A DNA stretch of 47,340 bases, taken from assembly GCA_032128375.1 (NCBI GenBank), contig JAQBGU010000140.1:1-47340 (forward strand). Reading direction: 5' to 3'. Of this stretch, positions 20,470 to 27,718 are shown in pieces; the stretch's first letter is position 1; every line of letters begins with the position of its first letter. Made by a program: the position numbers and the translations under genes. The stretch comes from Deltaproteobacteria bacterium (GTDB lineage: Bacteria; Myxococcota_A; UBA9160; SMWR01). The notes below the pieces were generated by a model. That model made no database searches. It saw nothing but the letters and a program-made list of their open reading frames with translations, and was not told the origin of the DNA.

Positions 20470-21171
20470 TTAGTCGGTCCGCAGATCCAGCACTACTGCG
20501 CTGTGATCAGACCCACGCACAGACATCACCTGAAACTCTTCCACCTCGAATCCGCGGACGAAGCCGTGGTCGATGCGTAGGAGTCTGGGGGCGCCGTGCC
20601 ACGGACCCCAGGTCGATCGAACGGGGCGCCCAAGCGCCCCGGCCGCCGCACCGGCGGCGTCCGTGAAGCGCTGCGCGAACCAGCGATAGACGGGCCACAC
20701 GGGTGTGGCGTTGAAGTCGCCGACCAGCACCCTGGAATCGCGCAGCGAGTCGCTCCCTTCGTCGGCCAGGAAGCGCTCGAAGTCGCGAATCTGGCGCCGG
20801 CGTACCGGCAGCCCCAGCTTTGGAACCACCAGGTGAGGCGCGTACATGTGGACATTGACCACTTCGAGGGGGCGGTTGAGCTGAGACCAATCGCTGGGAT
20901 CGAGGCGAACGACAGGGGCCGATCGCATGTAGAGCGGGATCAGCGACATCGCGACCGGCTGGCGTGTGGCGAACCCCATGCCGGAGTGATCGCGAGCGGG
21001 CATGAGCTGGCCGTGGGGCATCACCTCCGCGAGCGCGTCAGCTTGCTCGGGTGCCATTTCCTGCACGGCGACAATGTCCGCCTCGAGGCCCGCAACGAGT
21101 TCGGCGAAAGCCTCCGGATGCGCGCGCCCGTTCCACAAATTCGCCGATACGATACGCAACCTGCCGGCCAA
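20470..21171 (-). CDS. Endonuclease/exonuclease/phosphatase family protein
   Basis: SANLW, DIVAVQE, VGDFNA, LRIDH, GSDH motifs. Confidence 0.9.
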   Translation of the reverse strand: MAGRLRIVSANLWNGRAHPEAFAELVAGLEADIVAVQEMAPEQADALAEVMPHGQLMPARDHSGMGFATRQPVAMSLIPLYMRSAPVVRLDPSDWSQLNRPLEVVNVHMYAPHLVVPKLGLPVRRRQIRDFERFLADEGSDSLRDSRVLVGDFNATPVWPVYRWFAQRFTDAAGAAAGALGRPVRSTWGPWHGAPRLLRIDHGFVRGFEVEEFQVMSVRGSDHSAVVLDLRTD

Positions 21172-21187
21172 TCCTCTCCCCCACCCG

Positions 21188-21357
21188 CCTACTTCCTACT
21201 TCCTAGTTCCTAGTGCAACACCCGCCAAGTTTCGGTACCCATGATTGAAGCCGACAGAACGCTCTTCTCCGTCGGACAACGCGACGGTGATCCCTTTGTC
21301 AGCATGTACCAGAACTTTCCGGATGTGCCACTAGTTCCTAGTTCCTAGTTCCTACTT
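21188..21357. repeat. CCTA(C/G)TT heptamer tandem array, split into two blocks (21188-21215, 21331-21357)
   Basis: CCTACTT CCTACTT CCTAGTT CCTAGT... and CTAGTT CCTAGTT CCTAGTT CCTACTT read directly. Confidence 0.9.
21213..21331. mobile_element. Putative MITE-like element (~119 bp) with imperfect terminal inverted repeats
   Basis: Ends CTAGTGCAACACCCGCCAAGTTTCGGTAC vs reverse complement CTAGTGGCACATCCGGAAAGTTCTGGTAC (22/29 identical); removing the insert with a TA or CTAG duplication restores a continuous heptamer array. Confidence 0.55.
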
Positions 21358-21545
21358 TCTTCACGGCTTCACTTCCTTCCCTACTGCACTGCGGAGTTCT
21401 CTGCTGGCTCTCCCAGGCTTCGCTTGATTCTCCCAGGTCCATCGGCAGATTCAGGCCAGAGCTGCAGCCCGCCGGCGGCCCGTCTTCATCGCAGGCCAAC
21501 CGCGAACTCGCGGACCTTTTCGCCTTCGGTCCTCTCGAACGGAGC

Positions 21546-21998
21546 TCAGCTGAAATCGGTTAGCTCGTAGTCGTGTCGCTTCGTCCGATCCTCACTGAGA
21601 TACTGAACAAATTCCCAGTCGTTGCCATCGTCATCGTAAAAATAGACGCGCCTGCGGTAGGGGTGAGTATTGGGAACGGTGCTGTCTCGGTAGCCCGCGG
21701 CACTCAAGCGGCTGCGCAGAGCGTCCACGTCGGCGACTTCATATCCAAGATGATTCAATCCGGGCTTGCCGCTGTACGGCACCCACCGCTCCGCCGGGTC
21801 GCCAGCCGCTTCGTTGAGCGCGATATAGGTCTCGTTCGTGCCGATGTGCACCCAGCGGGTGCCCGTCCAGCCCGTCCCCTCTCGGCGCACCCGGAAATCG
21901 GGAAACGCTGTCTGGAGGAAGCGCATCGCTGCTTCGATGTCGCGGACGACGAGGTTGGCGTGTTCCAGTCGAACTGAGCTGGCTCGATCTTGTGACAT
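21546..21998 (-). CDS. VOC/glyoxalase family protein
   Basis: AAGGAGGA RBS before ATG 21998; LEHANLVV, GLNHLGYEV, YFYDDDGNDWEF. Confidence 0.88.
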   Translation of the reverse strand: MSQDRASSVRLEHANLVVRDIEAAMRFLQTAFPDFRVRREGTGWTGTRWVHIGTNETYIALNEAAGDPAERWVPYSGKPGLNHLGYEVADVDALRSRLSAAGYRDSTVPNTHPYRRRVYFYDDDGNDWEFVQYLSEDRTKRHDYELTDFS

Positions 21999-22044
21999 GT
22001 GATCCTCCTTGGGCGCAAGCTCAATATCGATCAGCTCCTGCCCA

Positions 22045-22058
22045 AATGCGATCGCATT
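22045..22058. promoter_or_regulatory. Perfect 14-bp palindrome in the VOC/XRE divergent promoter region (candidate operator)
   Basis: AATGCGATCGCATT is its own reverse complement. Confidence 0.4.
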
Positions 22059-22094
22059 GCCAGTACGTCGGCGAATTGATACTTTACCATCCAC

Positions 22095-22649
22095 ATGGAT
22101 GATACAAGAGCGCATCTGGCAGCGAACGTACGCCGGCTGAGAGAAGCGCGCGGGCTCAGCCAGCAGCGGATCGCGCTGCTAGCCGGCATTCCACGCCCCA
22201 CCTGGGCCAGCCTGGAATCGGGCGGCGCCAATCCAACGCTTTCGGTGTTGTCCCGCGTGGCCGCCGGGCTCCAGGTCTCGATCGAGGAATTGATCGGTCC
22301 TCCGCGGACGGCAGCCCAGCTGTTCCGGGCCGGCGACATCCGTGAGCGCAAGCGGGGCGGGGCGCGCTTGCGCGCGCTGATTCCGGAAGCGATCGGTGGG
22401 ATTGACATCGCGCGGATGGAACTGTCAGCCGGGGGCCAGATGGTGGGTGTTCCTCACACACCAGGCACGCGCGAGTACCTGACCTGCGAGACCGGTCGCA
22501 TCGAGCTGATCGCATCGGGTGAGCGCTGGGAACTCGGCCCCGCTGACGCTCTCGTGTTTCGCGGAGACCAGCGTCACACCTACCGCAATCCAGACGCGAG
22601 ACGGCCAGCTGTCGCGATCACCGTCGTCTGCTTTGCGCCGACGTCGTGA
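22095..22649 (+). CDS. XRE-family transcriptional regulator with cupin domain
   Basis: LAANVRRLREARGLSQ...LESGGANPTL HTH; PHTPGTREY...HTYRN cupin. Confidence 0.92.
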   Translation: MDDTRAHLAANVRRLREARGLSQQRIALLAGIPRPTWASLESGGANPTLSVLSRVAAGLQVSIEELIGPPRTAAQLFRAGDIRERKRGGARLRALIPEAIGGIDIARMELSAGGQMVGVPHTPGTREYLTCETGRIELIASGERWELGPADALVFRGDQRHTYRNPDARRPAVAITVVCFAPTS

Positions 22650-23422
22650 GATCTTCGGCGACTGCGGCGTTCAGTTTTCTGGCCGCGCGCATGGCTCTGG
22701 CGCTGATGGCGACCGCCATCAGAGTCAGCGCCCCAGCCGTTCCAGCACAAGCCACCGAACCGGAGGCGATCTCTCGTGAAGATCGGCTCCACGAGATCAT
22801 CTCCAACCACACCTGCCCCTGCGGTTGCGGAAGCGCTCTTCCGGGAGGGGATCGCGCACCCGCCTGCTTCGGTTGCAGCGTCGCCAAGGCCGAGGTCAGC
22901 TTCATCCGCGAAAGCATCGCCAAAGGCCGTTCGACGATCGACATCGTGATGGCTCTCGGCGAGCCGGCGCTGATCGAGATTTTCGCGGACTACACCGACC
23001 CGCAGCTCGGCGCTACCTGGAAACGGGCAGAGCGAATTGCATCCGAATTCGATCAGCATCGCGTCGTGCTGCGAACACATGGGGAAACCGTCGAAGCGCG
23101 ACGCGCACTCGAGCTGGCCGAATGCGCCCGACAGTTTCACCGCTTCTCGCCAGTTCACAACGCGCTCGTCGAACACACCGGCCCCTGGGACCGCGAAGCC
23201 CTGCTCTCGTTGGCGGAAGAGCAGGGCCTGGCGCGCGATGCAACACAGCAATGCCTTGGCAGCGTCGATGTCGCGGACCAGATCGCCAAGGACCGGCAGC
23301 ACGCCAAGGAGCGCCGAATCAGCCGGTTTCCCAGGGTATCGGTGAACCGCACGCTCGTCGTCGACGCTGAAGAAGCCATCCGCGCTGCGGTGCGAAAAGC
23401 GGTGTTGGAAAGGAGCTTTTGA
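22646..23422 (+). CDS. Exported protein: Cys-rich N-domain (CPCGC...CFGC) plus DsbA/thioredoxin-like domain lacking CXXC
   Basis: GTGA overlap; signal-like N-terminus; IEIFADYTDPQL, ALELAECA, QCL, ISRFPRVSVN resemble DsbA segments. Confidence 0.6.
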   Translation: MRSSATAAFSFLAARMALALMATAIRVSAPAVPAQATEPEAISREDRLHEIISNHTCPCGCGSALPGGDRAPACFGCSVAKAEVSFIRESIAKGRSTIDIVMALGEPALIEIFADYTDPQLGATWKRAERIASEFDQHRVVLRTHGETVEARRALELAECARQFHRFSPVHNALVEHTGPWDREALLSLAEEQGLARDATQQCLGSVDVADQIAKDRQHAKERRISRFPRVSVNRTLVVDAEEAIRAAVRKAVLERSF

Positions 23423-23517
23423 AGGCTGCCCGGCGATTCGAATGAATCTCGAATGAATAGAGAAATCTCATCGTCGTCACCGTCCTTCGGCGCCGAAGAC
23501 CTCGACTCCGTTCATCG

Positions 23518-24093
23518 CTAGCAGCCGTAGTTCCCGGCCGAAGCGCGTGCCGCCTCGCGCCGTCTCTCCCAACGCCAACGAAAACCCGCGAACACGAGCG
23601 CGCCGGCCCCGATGATCCATGGGTTATCGAGGACACCGAGTGGTGCTGCGAACTGCGCGCCCAGAACTGCGACCCCGCCGATCGGGACCCCACAGAACAG
23701 TACGACCGCACCGATCGCACCCAGTCCTGCGGGACGCACCAGCCGCAGCCATCCGGGTGACTCGGGCTGCTCCGTTCGGGTCGCCTCCGCTACACCGTCA
23801 ATACCGATGCTGGTCAAGAAGCTCGCAGCCGGATCGACCCCGGTGATTTCGAGACGCAGCCCTCCAGGTGCGTCCCGCACGGAGAACCCCAACCCAGGAC
23901 AGCACTGGTTCTCAAAGGCAACGAATGCGTCGAGTTCGCTGCGCATCTCTGCAGTGGCATCAAAGAACAACGCCAGACCGTCCGGCATGGCTTCTTTCCG
24001 GCGCGCCTTCGAAACGAGTCCGCCACGCAATTCCTGGCGCCTGATTTCTCGATCTCGAGCTGACAAATTGCAGACCTCGCTGATCTCGGTCAT
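23518..24093 (-). CDS. MerR-regulated Cys-containing protein with C-terminal membrane segments
   Basis: GGAGG RBS, ATG 24093; VCNLS...ENQCCPGLGF soluble domain followed by two hydrophobic segments resembling small Mer transporters. Confidence 0.7.
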   Translation of the reverse strand: MTEISEVCNLSARDREIRRQELRGGLVSKARRKEAMPDGLALFFDATAEMRSELDAFVAFENQCCPGLGFSVRDAPGGLRLEITGVDPAASFLTSIGIDGVAEATRTEQPESPGWLRLVRPAGLGAIGAVVLFCGVPIGGVAVLGAQFAAPLGVLDNPWIIGAGALVFAGFRWRWERRREAARASAGNYGC

Positions 24094-24117
24094 GTGCACC
24101 TCCTGTGGGTTGCACAA

Positions 24118-24148
24118 AGACTACCTCTTGAAGTGCACTTCAAGTCAA
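24118..24148 (-). promoter_or_regulatory. MerR-type promoter/operator
   Basis: Minus strand TTGACT-19 nt-TAGTCT, with the perfect 18-bp palindrome CTTGAAGTGCACTTCAAG (24127-24144) over the spacer. Confidence 0.85.
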
Positions 24149-24225
24149 GGGCTGTCGCTCAGAGGAGAGCCACAGTGCGTTGCATCACGCGTCGTCGGGC
24201 CCGGGGCCCCGCCGACGATTCCGGT

Positions 24226-24241
24226 TTGAAGTACGCTTCAG
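24226..24241. promoter_or_regulatory. Degenerate second copy of the MerR operator, just upstream of the regulator RBS
   Basis: TTGAAGTACGCTTCAG vs TTGAAGTGCACTTCAA. Confidence 0.55.
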
Positions 24242-24256
24242 TTGAAGGAGGACGCC

Positions 24257-24634
24257 ATGGCGTTTCGGATCGGGGAAGTCGCGCAGCGCGCCCAAATTGC
24301 GGCATCGGCCATTCGCTACTACGAACGAGAAGGCCTGATTCCCAAGGCCGACCGCCGGGGGAACGCGCGTGTGTACGGAGTCGATATATTCCAACGTCTA
24401 TCGTTGATCGAGCTCGCGAAGAGCGCCGGATTTACCGTGGCCGAGACGCGACAGCTGGTCCGCGGCGTATCGCGAAGCACGCCACCGGGACCGCGCTGGC
24501 GCGAACTCGCCCAAAAAAAACTGGCAGAAATCGAGGAACGCATTGCCGAGGCTCAGCGCATGCGAACTGTGCTCCAAGCCGTCATGGGCTGCGAATGCCC
24601 GAGCTTCGAGGACTGCACCCGAGCGGGCTGCTAA
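24257..24634 (+). CDS. MerR-family (SoxR-like) transcriptional regulator
   Basis: AAGGAGG RBS; FRIGEVAQRAQIAASAIRYYEREGLI, AKSAGFTVAE, RWRELA; C-terminal GCECPSFEDC. Confidence 0.92.
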   Translation: MAFRIGEVAQRAQIAASAIRYYEREGLIPKADRRGNARVYGVDIFQRLSLIELAKSAGFTVAETRQLVRGVSRSTPPGPRWRELAQKKLAEIEERIAEAQRMRTVLQAVMGCECPSFEDCTRAGC

Positions 24635-24647
24635 CCCGAAAACTCGA

Positions 24648-24911
24648 TTACGACCGAACCCACCCCTTCGGTTTCATGCAGCTTTCAAATTTGTTCCAGT
24701 TGACCTGCGCGAGGCCGCTGGAGTCCCTGAACTCGGATTCCTTCTCGCAGAGGGCTTTCGCCGCGTCGAAGTCGAGCTGGGGATTTCCGATCGCGTGGTA
24801 TCCGCTGCCGGGGTTCCACCAGGCGCTCACCGATTGGCACCCGAGGGAGCCGACCAGCAACGCGCACAGTAGCCCTGCTCTACTCAGCACATTTCTTCGC
24901 GCAATGGTCAT
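24648..24911 (-). CDS. Small putative lipoprotein
   Basis: MTIARRN...LLVGSLGC lipobox; mature part AKALC...FESCMKPKGW. Confidence 0.65.
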   Translation of the reverse strand: MTIARRNVLSRAGLLCALLVGSLGCQSVSAWWNPGSGYHAIGNPQLDFDAAKALCEKESEFRDSSGLAQVNWNKFESCMKPKGWVRS

Positions 24912-25143
24912 GCGCGTCGAGACATTCCTCGGGGCACGTCTCGTCGTCGACGTGGTCCTGGCATTTCTGCGTACAGGCGTCCATGGCGGCGTTGCAGGCG
25001 AATGTGCAGCTCTGCTCGGAGTCATCCTCGGCGGTCGAGGTTGTTGCGAGCGCGAGTCCGATCACACCCGCCGTCACAATGGACACAATCCAGGTCCCGA
25101 TGGTGACTGGTCTTGATCCTCTGTTGAGTACCGTATCGAACAT
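24880..25143 (-). CDS. Small secreted 8-Cys protein
   Basis: GGAGG RBS; hydrophobic leader; four Cx3C pairs (CTFAC-6-CTQKC-8-CPEEC-6-CAKKC). Confidence 0.7.
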   Translation of the reverse strand: MFDTVLNRGSRPVTIGTWIVSIVTAGVIGLALATTSTAEDDSEQSCTFACNAAMDACTQKCQDHVDDETCPEECLDAHDHCAKKCAE

Positions 25144-25387
25144 CAATCGAACCTCCTGTCCATTCCATTGTCAGTATGCTTCAGCCCAGGCTTCACTGAT
25201 CAGCCGTCGCCGAACGCCTTCACGCCTTCTGCGGCTATCGGCTAGCCAACGATTCTAGTGCGCCGGTTCGGGATAGCCCAGCTGCATCGAAATTTCGCCG
25301 AGTGCCGAGTGCGGCGTGCGGAGTGTAGAGGCGAGTGCGCGAGCAGCCACCGACGCTTCAAGCAAACTGCAGACGCGCTGAGCCGGC

Positions 25388-26659
25388 TCAGAAAACGATC
25401 TCGAAGCGTACGCCCCCGATCACGATCGTATCGTGCTTGGGGTCGCTTGCGGGATCCACCGCGATCTGCAGGTCGGGCGTCAGCGCGATCGACGGAGAGA
25501 GCTGGAGCCGGTAATAGAGTTCGAGCAGCGTCTCGTCCCGCACGCCGGCACCCGAGCTCGGATCCGACCAGGCGACGCCAAACGCGACCAGGTCGTGCTT
25601 GCGGCCGAAGGGGCGCTCGAGTGCCAACCCACCGGAAACGAACCGCTCGACGAGCGTGATGTCGTCGTCGCCGATTCCGAAACGGAAGAAAGCCACGAGC
25701 CGGTCGATGCCCAACTCCTGGTCGATGTTGAGCCCCAGCCCCCAGCCGTCGGAACCCGACACGTGGCCGTGCCACGGCGTGAGGCGGTAGTGGCCTTTGC
25801 CGAGGTACGCGAGGCTTTGCGTGAGCCCGACCTCGAAGATCTGGTCCCAGTTCCCGTCATTGGCCGACTTCCAGAACGCCCACGGCTCGTCGTTCTTGGC
25901 GGTGCCGACACCCGTCATGACGTAGAGGTCTTTGCTCAGCGCGAAGCGCACGAGCCCGCCGATACCGCCATAGGTGGTGAACGGAAGCGCGAGGTTGTTC
26001 TCGAGCGCGAATGCGAAGAATTGTCGGAAGCCGTTGTTCGCCTCGCGGTTGTTGTCGAAATACGACGACTGATCGACGCGGCCCGCCACCACGACCAGCG
26101 TTTCTGCTGGCGATACGTGCTTGAAGGCCAACTCGTCCAGCGCGGCGGGGTCAGGAAAGACGTTGGCGTTCAGGGCGGAGATCGACCCCACGTTGCCGGA
26201 GATCGACCGGTCGTCAGTGTTGTAGTTGAGACCCGGGCTGCCGAGGAGGGTCCACTGCAGGTAGCTGGTTCCCAACTGCTTGCTTTCGTGGAGCCTCAAG
26301 TCTGCGACGGTCTGCCAACCGAAGGTGGCGAAATTCTCGTCGCCCGTTGCCGTCTGGCTGGCGTGCTGGTCGTCGAAAGCCGTGTCGAGGCCGAGCCGGA
26401 TCCCGATGTCTCGAAGCGCTCCCTTCAGGGCCTGGCCCGCGCCCGAAAGCACGTTCCAGTCGGGCTGGCTCTCGTCGGGGGGATCGATGTGGAAGCCCCA
26501 ATCTCGCTTCCGCGGCAGGTGCCAGTAGACACGAGTGTGGGGCGCGGCACGACGGGTGGCGTCGTCTTGCTGCGCAGGGGCCGCCGCGGGGTCGTCGGTC
26601 TGCGCGGACGCGCTCGATGCCAGACACAGAAGCACCAGAGCAAGGACGGTCGCGGACAT
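25388..26659 (-). CDS. Carbohydrate-selective porin (OprB-like)
   Basis: Signal peptide from ATG 26659; GRVDQSSYFDNN, RPFGRKHDLVAFG, ETLLELYYRLQL, TPDLQ, C-terminal Phe. Confidence 0.85.
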   Translation of the reverse strand: MSATVLALVLLCLASSASAQTDDPAAAPAQQDDATRRAAPHTRVYWHLPRKRDWGFHIDPPDESQPDWNVLSGAGQALKGALRDIGIRLGLDTAFDDQHASQTATGDENFATFGWQTVADLRLHESKQLGTSYLQWTLLGSPGLNYNTDDRSISGNVGSISALNANVFPDPAALDELAFKHVSPAETLVVVAGRVDQSSYFDNNREANNGFRQFFAFALENNLALPFTTYGGIGGLVRFALSKDLYVMTGVGTAKNDEPWAFWKSANDGNWDQIFEVGLTQSLAYLGKGHYRLTPWHGHVSGSDGWGLGLNIDQELGIDRLVAFFRFGIGDDDITLVERFVSGGLALERPFGRKHDLVAFGVAWSDPSSGAGVRDETLLELYYRLQLSPSIALTPDLQIAVDPASDPKHDTIVIGGVRFEIVF

Positions 26660-26751
26660 CTCAACCCATTGTGCGCGATCAAGCTCGCGCGCGCCCCCAC
26701 GTTGCGCGCCTGTGTATTGCGCTGCGTTGCTGTTAGGCTGCCGGCATTCGC

Positions 26752-27705
26752 ATGAGCCTTCTCCCCGACAACTCGGCGACGAGCTCAACCCCTAACGCTG
26801 CCACCCGCCACCACCTCGGGCCTTTTGTCACGCGCGTCGTTGCACAGCTGGCCGACGGCAACCAACTCGTTGCGACCTCGCGCCGCCACCGCAAAGGGCT
26901 CGCGCCCCATCGATCCGCCGCGCACGAGGACAACCGCATCCCGGTCACACGCCGCGAAGCCTGGAAGCACTTCTGGGCCCCAGGGCGCCTGGCCTGGTGG
27001 ATCCCTGTCTTCTTCATCGTGGGTTCGTTTTTCTTCGCGCTCGGAGGCTGGGCCGTTACCTGGCCGGCCGCGACGCTCGCGCCGCTGCGCGTGGCGGCTA
27101 CGGCGAATCGCATCTTCTTCATTGGTTCGCTCTTGTTCACGATCGCCGCCTACCTCCAGCTCCTCGAGGCGGCGAACGGAGACGTCGCCGAGGCTTCGGG
27201 CTCGCCGCGTGCGCGCTGGCGCTGGTTGGGTTGGAAGACTCGCAACCTGGGCTGGCTCGCGTCCGCGGTCCAGCTGTTTGGGACCATTACCTTCAACGTC
27301 GATACGGCCGATGCCTTGCTCGCAGGTCTGAGTTGGGAGCAGGAAGATCTACTGGTCTGGACGCCAAACGCGATCGGCTGCGCGTGCTTTCTGATCGCCA
27401 GCGCCCTCGCCTGGGTGGAGCTGTCACACGGCGCGTGGTCTTTCGCGCCGCGCAGCGTCTCGTGGTGGGGCGTCGCGATGAACGCGATCGGCTCGGCGGC
27501 TTTCGCAGCCTCCGCGCTCTACAGCTTCGTCCGCCCCGGGCTGCCCGACGTGCAGGAAATCTGGCTGGCCGGCCTCTATACCTTCGTCGGAGCGCTGTGC
27601 TTTCTGGTGGGCAGCTACCTTCTGATCCCGGAGCTCTTCGATGGAAAAGTCCGCGAATCGACGACAGGCACGACCGCAAATGGCGAAATGATTCACTGCA
27701 CCTGA
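26752..27705 (+). CDS. Membrane protein with YrhK-like repeats
   Basis: Repeated FxxGSxxF/GxxCFL TM motifs (FIVGSFFF, FFIGSLLF, IGCACFL, IGSAAF, VGALCFL); directly upstream of gad. Confidence 0.65.
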   Translation: MSLLPDNSATSSTPNAATRHHLGPFVTRVVAQLADGNQLVATSRRHRKGLAPHRSAAHEDNRIPVTRREAWKHFWAPGRLAWWIPVFFIVGSFFFALGGWAVTWPAATLAPLRVAATANRIFFIGSLLFTIAAYLQLLEAANGDVAEASGSPRARWRWLGWKTRNLGWLASAVQLFGTITFNVDTADALLAGLSWEQEDLLVWTPNAIGCACFLIASALAWVELSHGAWSFAPRSVSWWGVAMNAIGSAAFAASALYSFVRPGLPDVQEIWLAGLYTFVGALCFLVGSYLLIPELFDGKVRESTTGTTANGEMIHCT

Positions 27706-27718
27706 GGAGGGCCAGACA

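Noticed and set aside
21241..21348. 35-aa ORF MIEADRTLF... inside the MITE-like element
   Set aside because: No RBS, ends inside the microsatellite, no recognisable motif.
21188..21357. Possible CRISPR or mini-array
   Set aside because: Units are 7 bp with no spacers, and there are no cas genes.
21361..21545. RNase P, tmRNA or 6S RNA candidate
   Set aside because: Signature sequences (e.g. GAGGAAAGUCC, tRNA-like ends) not found on either strand.
23438..23458. TCGAATGAAT direct repeat x2
   Set aside because: Only two copies between convergent genes; probably slippage.
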